From an uncultured virus (IMG/VR IMGVR_UViG_3300021599_002354) (lineage: Duplodnaviria; Heunggongvirae; Uroviricota; Caudoviricetes): DNA of 20,000 bases. The DNA lies in IMG/VR virus record IMGVR_UViG_3300021599_002354; one strand, given 5' to 3'. The notes under the pieces were generated by a model. That model was not told where the DNA came from. It ran no database searches and saw nothing but the letters and a program-made list of their open reading frames with translations. The translations under genes and the position numbers were made by a program. Shown piece after piece: positions 8,020 to 16,584 of this stretch (position 1 is the stretch's first letter; each line of letters begins with the position of its first letter).

Positions 8020-9317
8020 TTTTTTTTTTCATCTTCCTCATTATTGGGAGATGGTTCATTTATCTCATCGATTTGAGTTGTCTCTTCATTTGTTGCAAAT
8101 GGTTCAGGAACCGTTTCTTGTTCCCATTCTTGAAACTGATTTGGGTAATCCTCAATATTATCTTGGAAAATATTCTCAGAATTTGGTTCTATAGTGGAAA
8201 AATTTTGTTCTATTTCTTCTTCAGTAGGTTCTATTGTGGAAAAATCTTCCTCTTCAACTAACTCAAATTTTCTTTCCCATTCATCCATAAACATCTCCCT
8301 AACTTCCTCGTCTGATAGTGCTGGTGTGATAGTTTCTTGTTTTAGTTGTTCATGAATTTCTTCTGTCATTTCAAATGCCCCCTCCGGTCCTATTGTAAAG
8401 TCATCACTAACAACCGGCTCCTTAACTATAGGAATAGTGTAAGGTGGTGGATCATATAAACCAAGTTCTTCATCTTTTTGCATCATTTCAACAAGTATTT
8501 CTTTTCTTTCTTCTTGTGTAGGAGTGGTTGGAAATGTGTAAACGGGTTTACTGTACTCGTCATCGTATTCCATATTTTCGGGAAATATACTATGTTTTTC
8601 TTCTTCAATTACAGGAGGTTGGTCATCCCAAGTACTAAACGGCATTTCAATATTTTTTTCTGTGATATTATCTTGATATTTTTTTGCCGACTCTTTTAAG
8701 TTTTCATTTGGTTTTGGTGGGTTCAATAAAACCTCTTCTAATTTTTTAAAATCCTCATCGGATAATCTAATTTTAGAAACTTCACTCATTAAATGATTTG
8801 CAGGAATTACATCCTTTTCTTCTTTTATTTCATTTGTAATTTCTTTTTTCCTATCCTCTTCAGTAAATTTCACTAACATATGAAGAAATGACAAAGAAAT
8901 TATTGGTAACATTCCACCAGCAAATAGTGCTAAAAATCTTTTATGACCAACAAGATCACCTTCTTCTACACCCATAAAAGAAACTAAAGGTGATACTAAA
9001 TCTACCCAATCTTTGAAGGGGATTGAGTTTATATCAATATAAGAATATGCAAAAAATATGTTACCGATGAACTGAACTAATGTAACGATTAAAAAGGGAA
9101 AATAAACTTTCTTACCCATATCGGCAGATATCGCAGCCAGAGCGGATAACGCAGCAATCTCAATACCTATAGACAAATAAATTGCCCAACTTAATGGGTT
9201 GGATATTCCATACCATTTAGTAACGTGTGAAATAGAAACTATTGCAACAGTTATAATCGGTATTAAAAAAGCCCCAATAATTAAACTTTTATAGTGAGTA
9301 TTAATCCAATGTTTCAT
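8016..9317 (-). CDS. Membrane protein with about 4 N-terminal TM helices and a long acidic low-complexity tail
   Basis: Hydrophobic helices in the first ~150 aa (pattern reminiscent of DUF2637), then E/D/P-rich tail with duplicated FSTIEP; ends GAA AAA AAA AAA TAA. Confidence 0.8.
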   Translation of the reverse strand: MKHWINTHYKSLIIGAFLIPIITVAIVSISHVTKWYGISNPLSWAIYLSIGIEIAALSALAAISADMGKKVYFPFLIVTLVQFIGNIFFAYSYIDINSIPFKDWVDLVSPLVSFMGVEEGDLVGHKRFLALFAGGMLPIISLSFLHMLVKFTEEDRKKEITNEIKEEKDVIPANHLMSEVSKIRLSDEDFKKLEEVLLNPPKPNENLKESAKKYQDNITEKNIEMPFSTWDDQPPVIEEEKHSIFPENMEYDDEYSKPVYTFPTTPTQEERKEILVEMMQKDEELGLYDPPPYTIPIVKEPVVSDDFTIGPEGAFEMTEEIHEQLKQETITPALSDEEVREMFMDEWERKFELVEEEDFSTIEPTEEEIEQNFSTIEPNSENIFQDNIEDYPNQFQEWEQETVPEPFATNEETTQIDEINEPSPNNEEDEKKK

Positions 9318-9319
9318 TA

Positions 9320-9610
9320 TTACTTTAATAATTCTTTTTGTAAATTAGTAATGTCTTCATCGATTTGTGTTTGTCTTTGTACATCTAAAATTTTTCGATC
9401 AGTTGCCTGAATCATCCTTTTTTCAGATTTAAGACCTTCGATTTGAAGAATTAAACCTAATTCTTTTTTTGTATAAGTGGAATCCTTAATTTCTTTTATT
9501 TCATTTTTAATTTTTGTAATTTCTCTACTATCTGAACAACCTTTGAAAAAGGTTAATAATATGATTACAAAAACAATAATTGTAAAATTTTTTTCAATGA
9601 ATTGTTTCAT
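9320..9610 (-). CDS. Membrane-anchored or lipoprotein-like coiled-coil protein (96 aa)
   Basis: Hydrophobic N-terminal segment ending FKGC (possible lipidated Cys), then heptad-like helix; TATTTAT upstream at 9631-9637. Confidence 0.7.
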   Translation of the reverse strand: MKQFIEKNFTIIVFVIILLTFFKGCSDSREITKIKNEIKEIKDSTYTKKELGLILQIEGLKSEKRMIQATDRKILDVQRQTQIDEDITNLQKELLK

Positions 9611-9625
9611 ATTTTAAATTTTATA

Positions 9626-10438
9626 TTAATATAAATAGTTAGTTAGACCAAAACTCTCGTTTCTCAACTTCTTAATCGCCTTGTCCCTTAATTGTCTTAT
9701 ACGTTCTTTTGTACATCCAAATTCTTCACCTAAATCCTCAAGGTTCGATTCAATACCCGTAAGACCATAATATTTTTCAATGATTATTTTTTCTCTTTCA
9801 TCCAACACACTCAGCATGTAATGAACTTTTCTTTTAATTTCTTCAGGGGTATTCAGTATTGCATCGGGACTCTCAACGTTGTTATTTGGGATCACATCAA
9901 TTAATTGGTCACCGTCCTCATTAATTTCTTTACTTAAACCTATACAATAAGGTAAATTAGTATCAAAATGTGCGTCGTCTTGATCAAAGAAAAATCTATC
10001 TTCATCGACCTTTTCATTCTTCTTGTTTTTTTGTGACTCTTGAACCAAATTTGATGGTATTCTTATGGTTCTTGAGTTCTCGTTCAATGATGCCATTATG
10101 GATTGTTTAATCCACCATACGGCATACGAAATGAATTTTAACCCACTTGTTGGGTCAAACCTTTCAGCTGCTTTCATTAGGCCTATGTTACCTTCCGATA
10201 TCATGTCTAATAGATCCAACCCTTGATTTTGATACATTTTTGCAACTGCAATGACGAACCTTAAATTACCCCTCACAAGTTCATCGTATAAATCTTTCTT
10301 TTCCTTCTTTGTGATTTCAGGATTTCTTAAAAGATTAAAAATTTCTTCTTGTCTGTCGTGAGTGATTACAGGGATTTTACGGAGATCTTTAATGTAGCTC
10401 TGGATTTCCTCTACATTTGTGATAATAGATTTTTTCAT
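9626..10438 (-). CDS. Sigma-70 family RNA polymerase sigma factor, Bacteroidota primary-sigma-like (no region 1.1)
   Basis: NLRFVIAVAKMYQNQGLDLLDMISEGNIGLMKAAERFD...KFISYAVWWIKQSI (region 2) and LEDLGEEFGCTKERIRQLRDKAIKKLR (region 4.2); ATG at 10438 preferred over TTG at 10489. Confidence 0.93.
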   Translation of the reverse strand: MKKSIITNVEEIQSYIKDLRKIPVITHDRQEEIFNLLRNPEITKKEKKDLYDELVRGNLRFVIAVAKMYQNQGLDLLDMISEGNIGLMKAAERFDPTSGLKFISYAVWWIKQSIMASLNENSRTIRIPSNLVQESQKNKKNEKVDEDRFFFDQDDAHFDTNLPYCIGLSKEINEDGDQLIDVIPNNNVESPDAILNTPEEIKRKVHYMLSVLDEREKIIIEKYYGLTGIESNLEDLGEEFGCTKERIRQLRDKAIKKLRNESFGLTNYLY

Positions 10439-10481
10439 ATGAATGGTGTAAGTGTAAAATAAAAGTAAATAAAATTTCGGA

Positions 10482-10925
10482 TTATTCAAAATTATCCAAA
10501 AAATTTTTTTCCTCAGGTGTTAAACTTTCGACACCCATTTTCTCTATCTTTTCTAATAATTGATCCAAGTCCATTGAGGGTTTGTGTTTGTTTTTAACAT
10601 ACTCTATCCTCATAACTTCTGTCATTTTGAAGGGTTTGAATATAAAATCCCTTATGGTATCAGGAATATGTGAACTTACAAGTGCGTCTCTCTCAACCAA
10701 AAAATAAAATTTTACACTATCATTCAAAAGTAAATCATAGACCTCTTTAGTCAGTTTCTCTTTTTCATGTTCACTGTTAAATATAACAATTATATTTTGT
10801 GAATTTTCTATAACATATCTAACCGAATCAATCACTTCTGATGCACCTAAAATTTCTGAACAAAAGAACTGCACATCTTCATGATCTTCGAACATTCCGA
10901 AAATAAAAAGAATATATGTTTTCAT
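10482..10925 (-). CDS. Hypothetical protein with C-terminal DUF6576-like motif
   Basis: Ends LDQLLEKIEKMGVESLTPEEKNFL, matching the D.ILDKI...G..SLT.EEK..L motif seen in Bacteroidota proteins. Confidence 0.7.
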   Translation of the reverse strand: MKTYILFIFGMFEDHEDVQFFCSEILGASEVIDSVRYVIENSQNIIVIFNSEHEKEKLTKEVYDLLLNDSVKFYFLVERDALVSSHIPDTIRDFIFKPFKMTEVMRIEYVKNKHKPSMDLDQLLEKIEKMGVESLTPEEKNFLDNFE

Positions 10926-10926
10926 A

Positions 10927-11580
10927 TTATTTCTTTTTTAATTCGATCTTCCAATAAACACCTCCGCCGAAATATGGGCTTAAGGTACCATTTACACCGT
11001 CAACTGTTCTATTTGTGACACCACCCATAACTTTATAAATTTTCTCAGATTTTGTTTTATACATAAGTCCTATTCCGACATTATTAACTAAATCAGGTGG
11101 GTTAAAAGATGATTCAAATCCAAAATATAGTAAATTTTTTGGTGGTAAAATAATCTTAACTGTGTCCCTAACAATTTTTTGTTTTAACTTACTTGTAAAT
11201 GATCTACCGAGAATCCTATTGTTAGAAATCGTATCGTATAATGTTATTGTTCCCACATTATTGGGTAATTCTAAAATATCTTTCTTAAATTGTCTATTCT
11301 CTGAAAATAATTTCACAATTGCCTGTGTGTCAACAACTTGATTTACAGGGACTTCAATTGTTTTTTCAACCCTTACTTCTACAGGTACTTCTATTGGTAC
11401 CTCGACTTCCACTTCTACCTCAACCGTATCGTGAACGGGAAAAGGAACAGTATCTATTTGTGATATTTCAATAGTTTTAGTTCTAATTGGTATGCACCCT
11501 TTTGGATTTAATAATATCAAAATTATTAATACTATTAATGATAATATTGTTATATTTTTATAATCAAAATATTTTTTCAT
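10927..11580 (-). CDS. Envelope protein: N-terminal TM, VEVP repeats, C-terminal beta-strand region
   Basis: ITILSLIVLIILILLNPKGC, VEVEVEVPIEVPVEV, C-terminal alternating Gly/aromatic strands (VGIGLMYK, PYFGGGVYWKI). Confidence 0.75.
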   Translation of the reverse strand: MKKYFDYKNITILSLIVLIILILLNPKGCIPIRTKTIEISQIDTVPFPVHDTVEVEVEVEVPIEVPVEVRVEKTIEVPVNQVVDTQAIVKLFSENRQFKKDILELPNNVGTITLYDTISNNRILGRSFTSKLKQKIVRDTVKIILPPKNLLYFGFESSFNPPDLVNNVGIGLMYKTKSEKIYKVMGGVTNRTVDGVNGTLSPYFGGGVYWKIELKKK

Positions 11581-11581
11581 G

Positions 11582-11998
11582 TTATTTTAATAGTAATACC
11601 GATGTTGCAACAATACCAACAAACGTACCCACTTTATACATAAAAGTTTTTCTTCTTTGTCCTTTCAGTTCTTTCAAAAGACTATTTGATTTTTCTCTTT
11701 CTAATGCAAATTGATCGTTTTGTTTAAGGATTATTAATTCTAAATTTGAAATTTGTTTAGTTTTCAAACTGTCTTTTTCCTTAAAAAGAACTATTTGTTG
11801 GTCTTTTAATGTGATTACTTTATTTAAATCACTAATTTCTACTTTCGCACCGTCGCCAGCAATAAGATCTTTAATGACCAATTTTGCAACAGGAACTTTT
11901 AATGGTACAATTGTATCAATGTTTGTCACTGTAACGGTCTGAGAAAAACTTTTCAAGGTCAGAAAAGTTATAATTGTTAACAGAATCAATTTTCGCAT
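11582..11998 (-). CDS. Signal peptide + coiled coil + C-terminal TM protein (spanin-like candidate)
   Basis: MRKLILLTIITFLTLKSFSQ signal, central coiled coil, C-terminal VGTFVGIVATSVLLLK; overlaps upstream gene by 83 nt. Confidence 0.7.
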   Translation of the reverse strand: MRKLILLTIITFLTLKSFSQTVTVTNIDTIVPLKVPVAKLVIKDLIAGDGAKVEISDLNKVITLKDQQIVLFKEKDSLKTKQISNLELIILKQNDQFALEREKSNSLLKELKGQRRKTFMYKVGTFVGIVATSVLLLK

Positions 11999-12260
11999 TT
12001 GTTTGATTTTTAATTATAGTTATGTTTTTAGTAACGTTATTTATATCTCCATCTAAATTATCTATTTCAGAGTCGATTAATTTAATCTCTTCTATTAATT
12101 TTTTATTCTCAACTTGAACGGAGTCTATTTCTTTTTGTATTGCCTCAATTTTGGCGTTATAACCTTTAATATCGGTTTTTATCTTACTACCTTGAAAAAT
12201 GTTCCAAGCCGCTAAAAATATAATAATACCGAGTAAAATGTTTTGTTTATTAATCTTCAT
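11916..12260 (-). CDS. N-terminal TM + coiled-coil protein (i-spanin-like candidate)
   Basis: ILLGIIIFLAAWNIF followed by about 60 aa of heptad repeats. Confidence 0.7.
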   Translation of the reverse strand: MKINKQNILLGIIIFLAAWNIFQGSKIKTDIKGYNAKIEAIQKEIDSVQVENKKLIEEIKLIDSEIDNLDGDINNVTKNITIIKNQTNAKIDSVNNYNFSDLEKFFSDRYSDKH

Positions 12261-12273
12261 AATTACTTTTATA

Positions 12274-12281
12274 ATAAATAT
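12274..12281 (-). promoter_or_regulatory. ATATTTAT motif
   Basis: 13 nt upstream of the ATG at 12260, immediately downstream of the clpP hairpin. Confidence 0.6.
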
Positions 12282-12285
12282 GAAG

Positions 12286-12307
12286 AAGGGAGACTTTTGT
12301 CTCCCTT
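12286..12307 (-). terminator. Intrinsic terminator-like hairpin after clpP
   Basis: Perfect 9-bp inverted repeat aagggagac-tttt-gtctccctt 7 nt past the clpP stop; short U-tract on the minus strand. Confidence 0.75.
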
Positions 12308-12314
12308 TTACATT

Positions 12315-12989
12315 TTATGATTTTCTTACTACAATTTCATCTATAATTCCATAATCTAACGCCTCATGACACCCCATCCAAAAATCTCTTGTGGCGTCTG
12401 TCATAACCTGTTCTTTGGTTTTTCCACAATATTTTCCCAATAGTTCGAATAGTCTGTCATTTTTTCTTCTCCACCACTTCATAGTAATTTCGGCGTCCTG
12501 AATATTACCCATCGCACCCCCCGAAGACTGGTGTAACATGATTTCAGAATCCTCCATCGCACCTCTTTTACCTTTTGTACCTGCACCTAAAAGGATTGAT
12601 CCCATGGATGCTGCCATTCCTGTACAAATTGTTCTAATATCGGAGTGTACGTAATCCATAACATTTACCATAGATAAACCTGATTTTACGGATCCACCAG
12701 GACTGTCTATGTGCATTGTGATGTCATTATGATCTATACTATCAAGATACAATAACTGTGCCTGTACTACTGATGACATATAATCATTAACTTCCCCAAC
12801 CAAAACTAAAATTCTTTCCATCATCAAACGTGAAAATACGTCCATAACCGTCACATTCATTTGTCTTTCTTCTAAGATATAAGGAGTTAAACTGTTTTCA
12901 ATCCTTTTATTGTAGTAGTCCAATGTTAATGAACTAACACCTTTGTCTTTTGCGTATAACCCAAAATCTTTAAACTGATTAGCGTTCAT
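12315..12989 (-). CDS. clpP: ATP-dependent Clp protease proteolytic subunit
   Basis: DVFSRLMMERI, QAQLLYLD, IDSPGGSV, catalytic Ser in AASMG, His in IMLHQ, Asp in RDFWM; Bacteroidota-like N-terminus LTPYILEERQMNV. Confidence 0.96.
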   Translation of the reverse strand: MNANQFKDFGLYAKDKGVSSLTLDYYNKRIENSLTPYILEERQMNVTVMDVFSRLMMERILVLVGEVNDYMSSVVQAQLLYLDSIDHNDITMHIDSPGGSVKSGLSMVNVMDYVHSDIRTICTGMAASMGSILLGAGTKGKRGAMEDSEIMLHQSSGGAMGNIQDAEITMKWWRRKNDRLFELLGKYCGKTKEQVMTDATRDFWMGCHEALDYGIIDEIVVRKS

Positions 12990-13011
12990 GTAAAATATGT
13001 TTTTGTATTAA

Positions 13012-13041
13012 CAAATATATAAAAAAAAACGAGAATTCAAA
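13012..13041 (-). promoter_or_regulatory. Bacteroidota-type sigma-A promoter for clpP
   Basis: Minus strand TTTG-(18 nt)-TATATTTG matches the -33 TTTG / -7 TAnnTTTG consensus. Confidence 0.65.
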
Positions 13042-13056
13042 AATAATATTTGTGAA

Positions 13057-13064
13057 ATATTTAT
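13057..13064 (+). promoter_or_regulatory. ATATTTAT motif
   Basis: aaATATTTATaaatGTG, 4 nt before the start of a plus-strand gene; the motif flips with gene orientation. Confidence 0.65.
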
Positions 13065-13068
13065 AAAT

Positions 13069-13881
13069 GTGATTAAATTTGAAAAAATATTGATGGAAAT
13101 GGAGGTTACTAAACTCCCAAGTGAAAAACTTTTAAAATGGTTTTTAGATAGGATAAACCATACATTTGTTTTTTTCGATACCGAAACTACAGGATTAGAT
13201 AGAAATCCCGAAGAGGGTGGTTCAAACCAATTAACTCAAATTGGTGCAATCGCTTGTCAAATAAATGGTGAAACATTAAGATTTTTTGAAATAGATAGAT
13301 TTAATTTAAAAATTAAATTAAATGATGATTTAAAGAATCAAATATCCACTGAACCCGATGAACCTGAAAAAGACACCGATGAGTATAAAAAATGGTTATT
13401 TGGTACTAAGAAGGGTATTTTAAAATTCAATCACTATGATTTAGTTAATAGTGATTCTTATGAAGATGAGAGATTAGCATTAGAAAAGTTTGATTCCTTT
13501 TTAAAGAAATTTAATGACGTTACTCTTATTGCACACAATGCACCCTTTGATTTGAAATGGATACAGTTTCATAATTTATTCAAAGAAAGTACTGACGAAA
13601 TAATTGATAGTATAGATTTTTTCAAAAACTTTTTCTTTCCAATATTAGATAAATTATCTAAAACTAATTCAGAATATAAATCTACTTTTGATAAGTTTCC
13701 TTCTAATAATAAGGGTAGTAAATCTGTTGGTTTGGGTAACATTGCAACAGGTTTTGACAATGAGATCAATCAATTAAAAAAGAAATTATCAGGTGCACAT
13801 GATGCGTTAGTTGATTGTGAAATCGTTATCGATGTTTTTGAAAAAGGTCTCTTTATTGTTTATCGTTATTTGAACGATTAA
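13069..13881 (+). CDS. DEDDh 3'-5' exonuclease (DnaQ/epsilon-like)
   Basis: ExoI FFDTETTG, ExoII IAHNAPFD, ExoIII AHDALVD. Confidence 0.9.
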   Translation: MIKFEKILMEMEVTKLPSEKLLKWFLDRINHTFVFFDTETTGLDRNPEEGGSNQLTQIGAIACQINGETLRFFEIDRFNLKIKLNDDLKNQISTEPDEPEKDTDEYKKWLFGTKKGILKFNHYDLVNSDSYEDERLALEKFDSFLKKFNDVTLIAHNAPFDLKWIQFHNLFKESTDEIIDSIDFFKNFFFPILDKLSKTNSEYKSTFDKFPSNNKGSKSVGLGNIATGFDNEINQLKKKLSGAHDALVDCEIVIDVFEKGLFIVYRYLND

Positions 13882-16220
13882 GAAATTTTAGTAGTAACAA
13901 AATCTATTGAGGATATATTATCTTCTTTTTTAATCATTATAATATTATCTGACCAATTTCTTATCAATGGATTGTGAGAAATCACCAAGATATGTTCAAA
14001 GTATTCTTTTATCTTCTTAAAAAATTCACCAACCATATCAAGATTTTCATCTGCAATTTTACCAAAAACTTCATCCATAACTACAATATTTGGCTTAGGT
14101 AATGAAGATATTTTTGTTAGTACACTACGAAGTGCTAATGATGATATTGTTCTTTCATATCCAGATCCTGCATTTAATGGTTTGATAACTCTTGTTTCAG
14201 TATCTATCATTAAAAATTCTACTTCATTTTTTTCATTAACATTTAATTCTAAAATAAAATGACAACTATCTACCAATAATCTATAAAGTTCATAGTTTAA
14301 AAGTGGTATCATGTTTTTCATGATTACTTTTGAAATACCATTTTTACCATAAACTGTTAAATATACTTTGAAAATAGAATTCAACTCCTCTTCCGCCTTA
14401 ATCTTCTTAATTAAATCGTCATTTATTTCTATCTTTTGTGTCATTAAAACAATATTAGTATTATGATTTTCAATAGACTTAGTTGATTGTTTTATATCAG
14501 CATTAGTTGTTTCTATTTTTGTTCTAACTGAAATTAATTCACCATCTATTTTTTGATTGTCTTCTGCTCTCTTTTTATTATTTTCGTAATTGTCAAGTTT
14601 AATTTGTTTTGAATTAATCTCAAGTTGTTTTTGATCGGTTTCTAATTCATATCTTGCCTTCTTAAGTTTATTTCTTTCGTAGGTTTCAAATTCAGTTTTT
14701 AAATTTTCAAGAGTATTAGATTTTTCTTTAATTTTATCAAATTCTTTCTTGTTTGATTTTATGTTTTCTTCTATCTCTTCAATCTCTTTTTTTATCTTTT
14801 CAATTTCATCTGTATGATCCACCTCATCAAGTGGTCGGTTACAGGTTAGACATATAGTTCCTTCTGTTAATTGTTTTATTAATTTTTCTTTTTCTCCCTT
14901 TTCATATTTGTATGCAACTTCATACGAATATAAATCACCTAATGTTTCTTTCAAATCTCTATGCTCTTCTTCATCATAATACTTGGACGGCTCAACTACC
15001 GATACTTCTTGTGCATTTTTTTCACTTACACCTTTTTGTTTGTTTAATTCTTCAATCTCTCTCTTTAATAGTGTTGGATTAGTTTTAATTAAGTCCTGAT
15101 CAACATCATTATTTTTAGAAGACAATAAATTGTCTCTTTTATCCTCTAACTTAATTAAATCTTTTTCTAATTTTTTTAACTCTCTTTCTAATCTTTCTAT
15201 TTCATTTTTTGAATTGATAATACTATCGTTGTATTTTGTGTTATCAATTTCTAATTGAGTTATATTATTTGTATTTGAAACTAATTTTTTACTCCAATCG
15301 TTATATATCTCTTTTGCTATTTCTTCTTTTGTTTTCAGGTTTTCTAAACCGAGAAATTTAACAAGTATTTGACCTCTCGCAGTTGGTTTTGATTCGATCA
15401 ATTGTTCCAAATTATTTCCTGTGGTCATGATGGTCGTTAAAAAATCTTCTTCAGTTCCTATTGCAGAAGATATAAACGCTTCGGTTTCTCTTCTTTGTTC
15501 TCCTGTTAGATTTTCAATTGTACCGTCTTCCTTTTTCTTATAAAATTCTAATTTATTAGAAACACTATATTCTCCTGTCTTTGACTTTTTTCTTATTAGT
15601 TTCCTCTCTATTACATAGTCCTCATTATCAATTGTTATGTTACCTTTAACAGTTACATCATCTTTATCAGTAAATTTATTAAAAATCTCACCTATTGTTT
15701 TTGTTTTTGTTGTTGTGTTGAAAAATAGAAATAATAACAAATCTACTGATGATGTAGATTTACCTCCAAAATTTTTCGGTGTCGATTCAATAACCGTGAT
15801 GCCGGGTAACTCTGAAAAATTAATAAAATTATTTTCACCAAAAGAAAGGAAATTTGAAAATTCAACACTTGTTATAAACCACTTATTATACCTTACTTTA
15901 TTGGCATTTATCTTATCAATCTGAACATTAACTTTATTATCAAGTCTATCTAACATTTCCCATTTTGTGGTTATGTTATTCTCTTTAATAAAGTCTTTCA
16001 TCAGTTTTTTCTGGTACTGGTGATCTAATATGTTATCAGTCGCTTCAAGTGATTCTAATTGTATATTAGAATTATTAGTAATACTTTTAGTAACAACTTG
16101 AATATTTTTACTTTTGTATTTGTCTTGAAAATAAGATTTAACTCTTCTTATTTTTTCTGATGTAAAATTTTCAGGGCTGTCTTCCCAAGTAACTTTAATG
16201 AAAGGATTCTTATAATTCAT
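13878..16220 (-). CDS. SbcC/Rad50/gp46-like recombination ATPase with ~110-aa N-terminal extension
   Basis: VEFSNFLSFG, Walker A NFGGKST, long coiled coil with Zn-hook CLTC, signature-like GSGYE, Walker B VVMDE, H-switch ISH. Confidence 0.92.
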   Translation of the reverse strand: MNYKNPFIKVTWEDSPENFTSEKIRRVKSYFQDKYKSKNIQVVTKSITNNSNIQLESLEATDNILDHQYQKKLMKDFIKENNITTKWEMLDRLDNKVNVQIDKINANKVRYNKWFITSVEFSNFLSFGENNFINFSELPGITVIESTPKNFGGKSTSSVDLLLFLFFNTTTKTKTIGEIFNKFTDKDDVTVKGNITIDNEDYVIERKLIRKKSKTGEYSVSNKLEFYKKKEDGTIENLTGEQRRETEAFISSAIGTEEDFLTTIMTTGNNLEQLIESKPTARGQILVKFLGLENLKTKEEIAKEIYNDWSKKLVSNTNNITQLEIDNTKYNDSIINSKNEIERLERELKKLEKDLIKLEDKRDNLLSSKNNDVDQDLIKTNPTLLKREIEELNKQKGVSEKNAQEVSVVEPSKYYDEEEHRDLKETLGDLYSYEVAYKYEKGEKEKLIKQLTEGTICLTCNRPLDEVDHTDEIEKIKKEIEEIEENIKSNKKEFDKIKEKSNTLENLKTEFETYERNKLKKARYELETDQKQLEINSKQIKLDNYENNKKRAEDNQKIDGELISVRTKIETTNADIKQSTKSIENHNTNIVLMTQKIEINDDLIKKIKAEEELNSIFKVYLTVYGKNGISKVIMKNMIPLLNYELYRLLVDSCHFILELNVNEKNEVEFLMIDTETRVIKPLNAGSGYERTISSLALRSVLTKISSLPKPNIVVMDEVFGKIADENLDMVGEFFKKIKEYFEHILVISHNPLIRNWSDNIIMIKKEDNISSIDFVTTKIS

Positions 16221-16228
16221 GTGGATTA

Positions 16229-16537
16229 TTATCCATTTTTATTTTCGAAATATTCAATTATTGCATTTAGTGCCCATACTGATCCTGCGGTAAACATTCC
16301 ATCAAAGAATATTCCAAATATCCAATGAATATCGAAATAGTTTCTTGATAAACCACCCAAACATAAAGATAGAAAGAATCCTACCCATGTTGAAGTGCAA
16401 AGTGTACAACTAACTAAATCACCAAAAAATTTTGAGTGTGATTTTATCCATTCCCTTGTTGTTTCAAAGATACTTCCCCAAACAATAATCGATGTCATAC
16501 CATATGACATAAAAATCCAAAATAATAATATATCCAT
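16229..16537 (-). CDS. DUF1360-like small membrane protein
   Basis: IFETTREWI...GDLVSCTLCTSTWVG with flanking TM helices. Confidence 0.7.
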   Translation of the reverse strand: MDILLFWIFMSYGMTSIIVWGSIFETTREWIKSHSKFFGDLVSCTLCTSTWVGFFLSLCLGGLSRNYFDIHWIFGIFFDGMFTAGSVWALNAIIEYFENKNG

Positions 16538-16584
16538 ATAACAATATTTTTTATAAAATAAGAAAAAAAAATGACAATTTGAAA

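Noticed and set aside
7827..8699. Plus-strand ORFs 7827-8261, 7865-8194 and 8478-8699
   Set aside because: Antisense shadows; the gap is better explained by the minus-strand -1 continuation of the 433-aa gene
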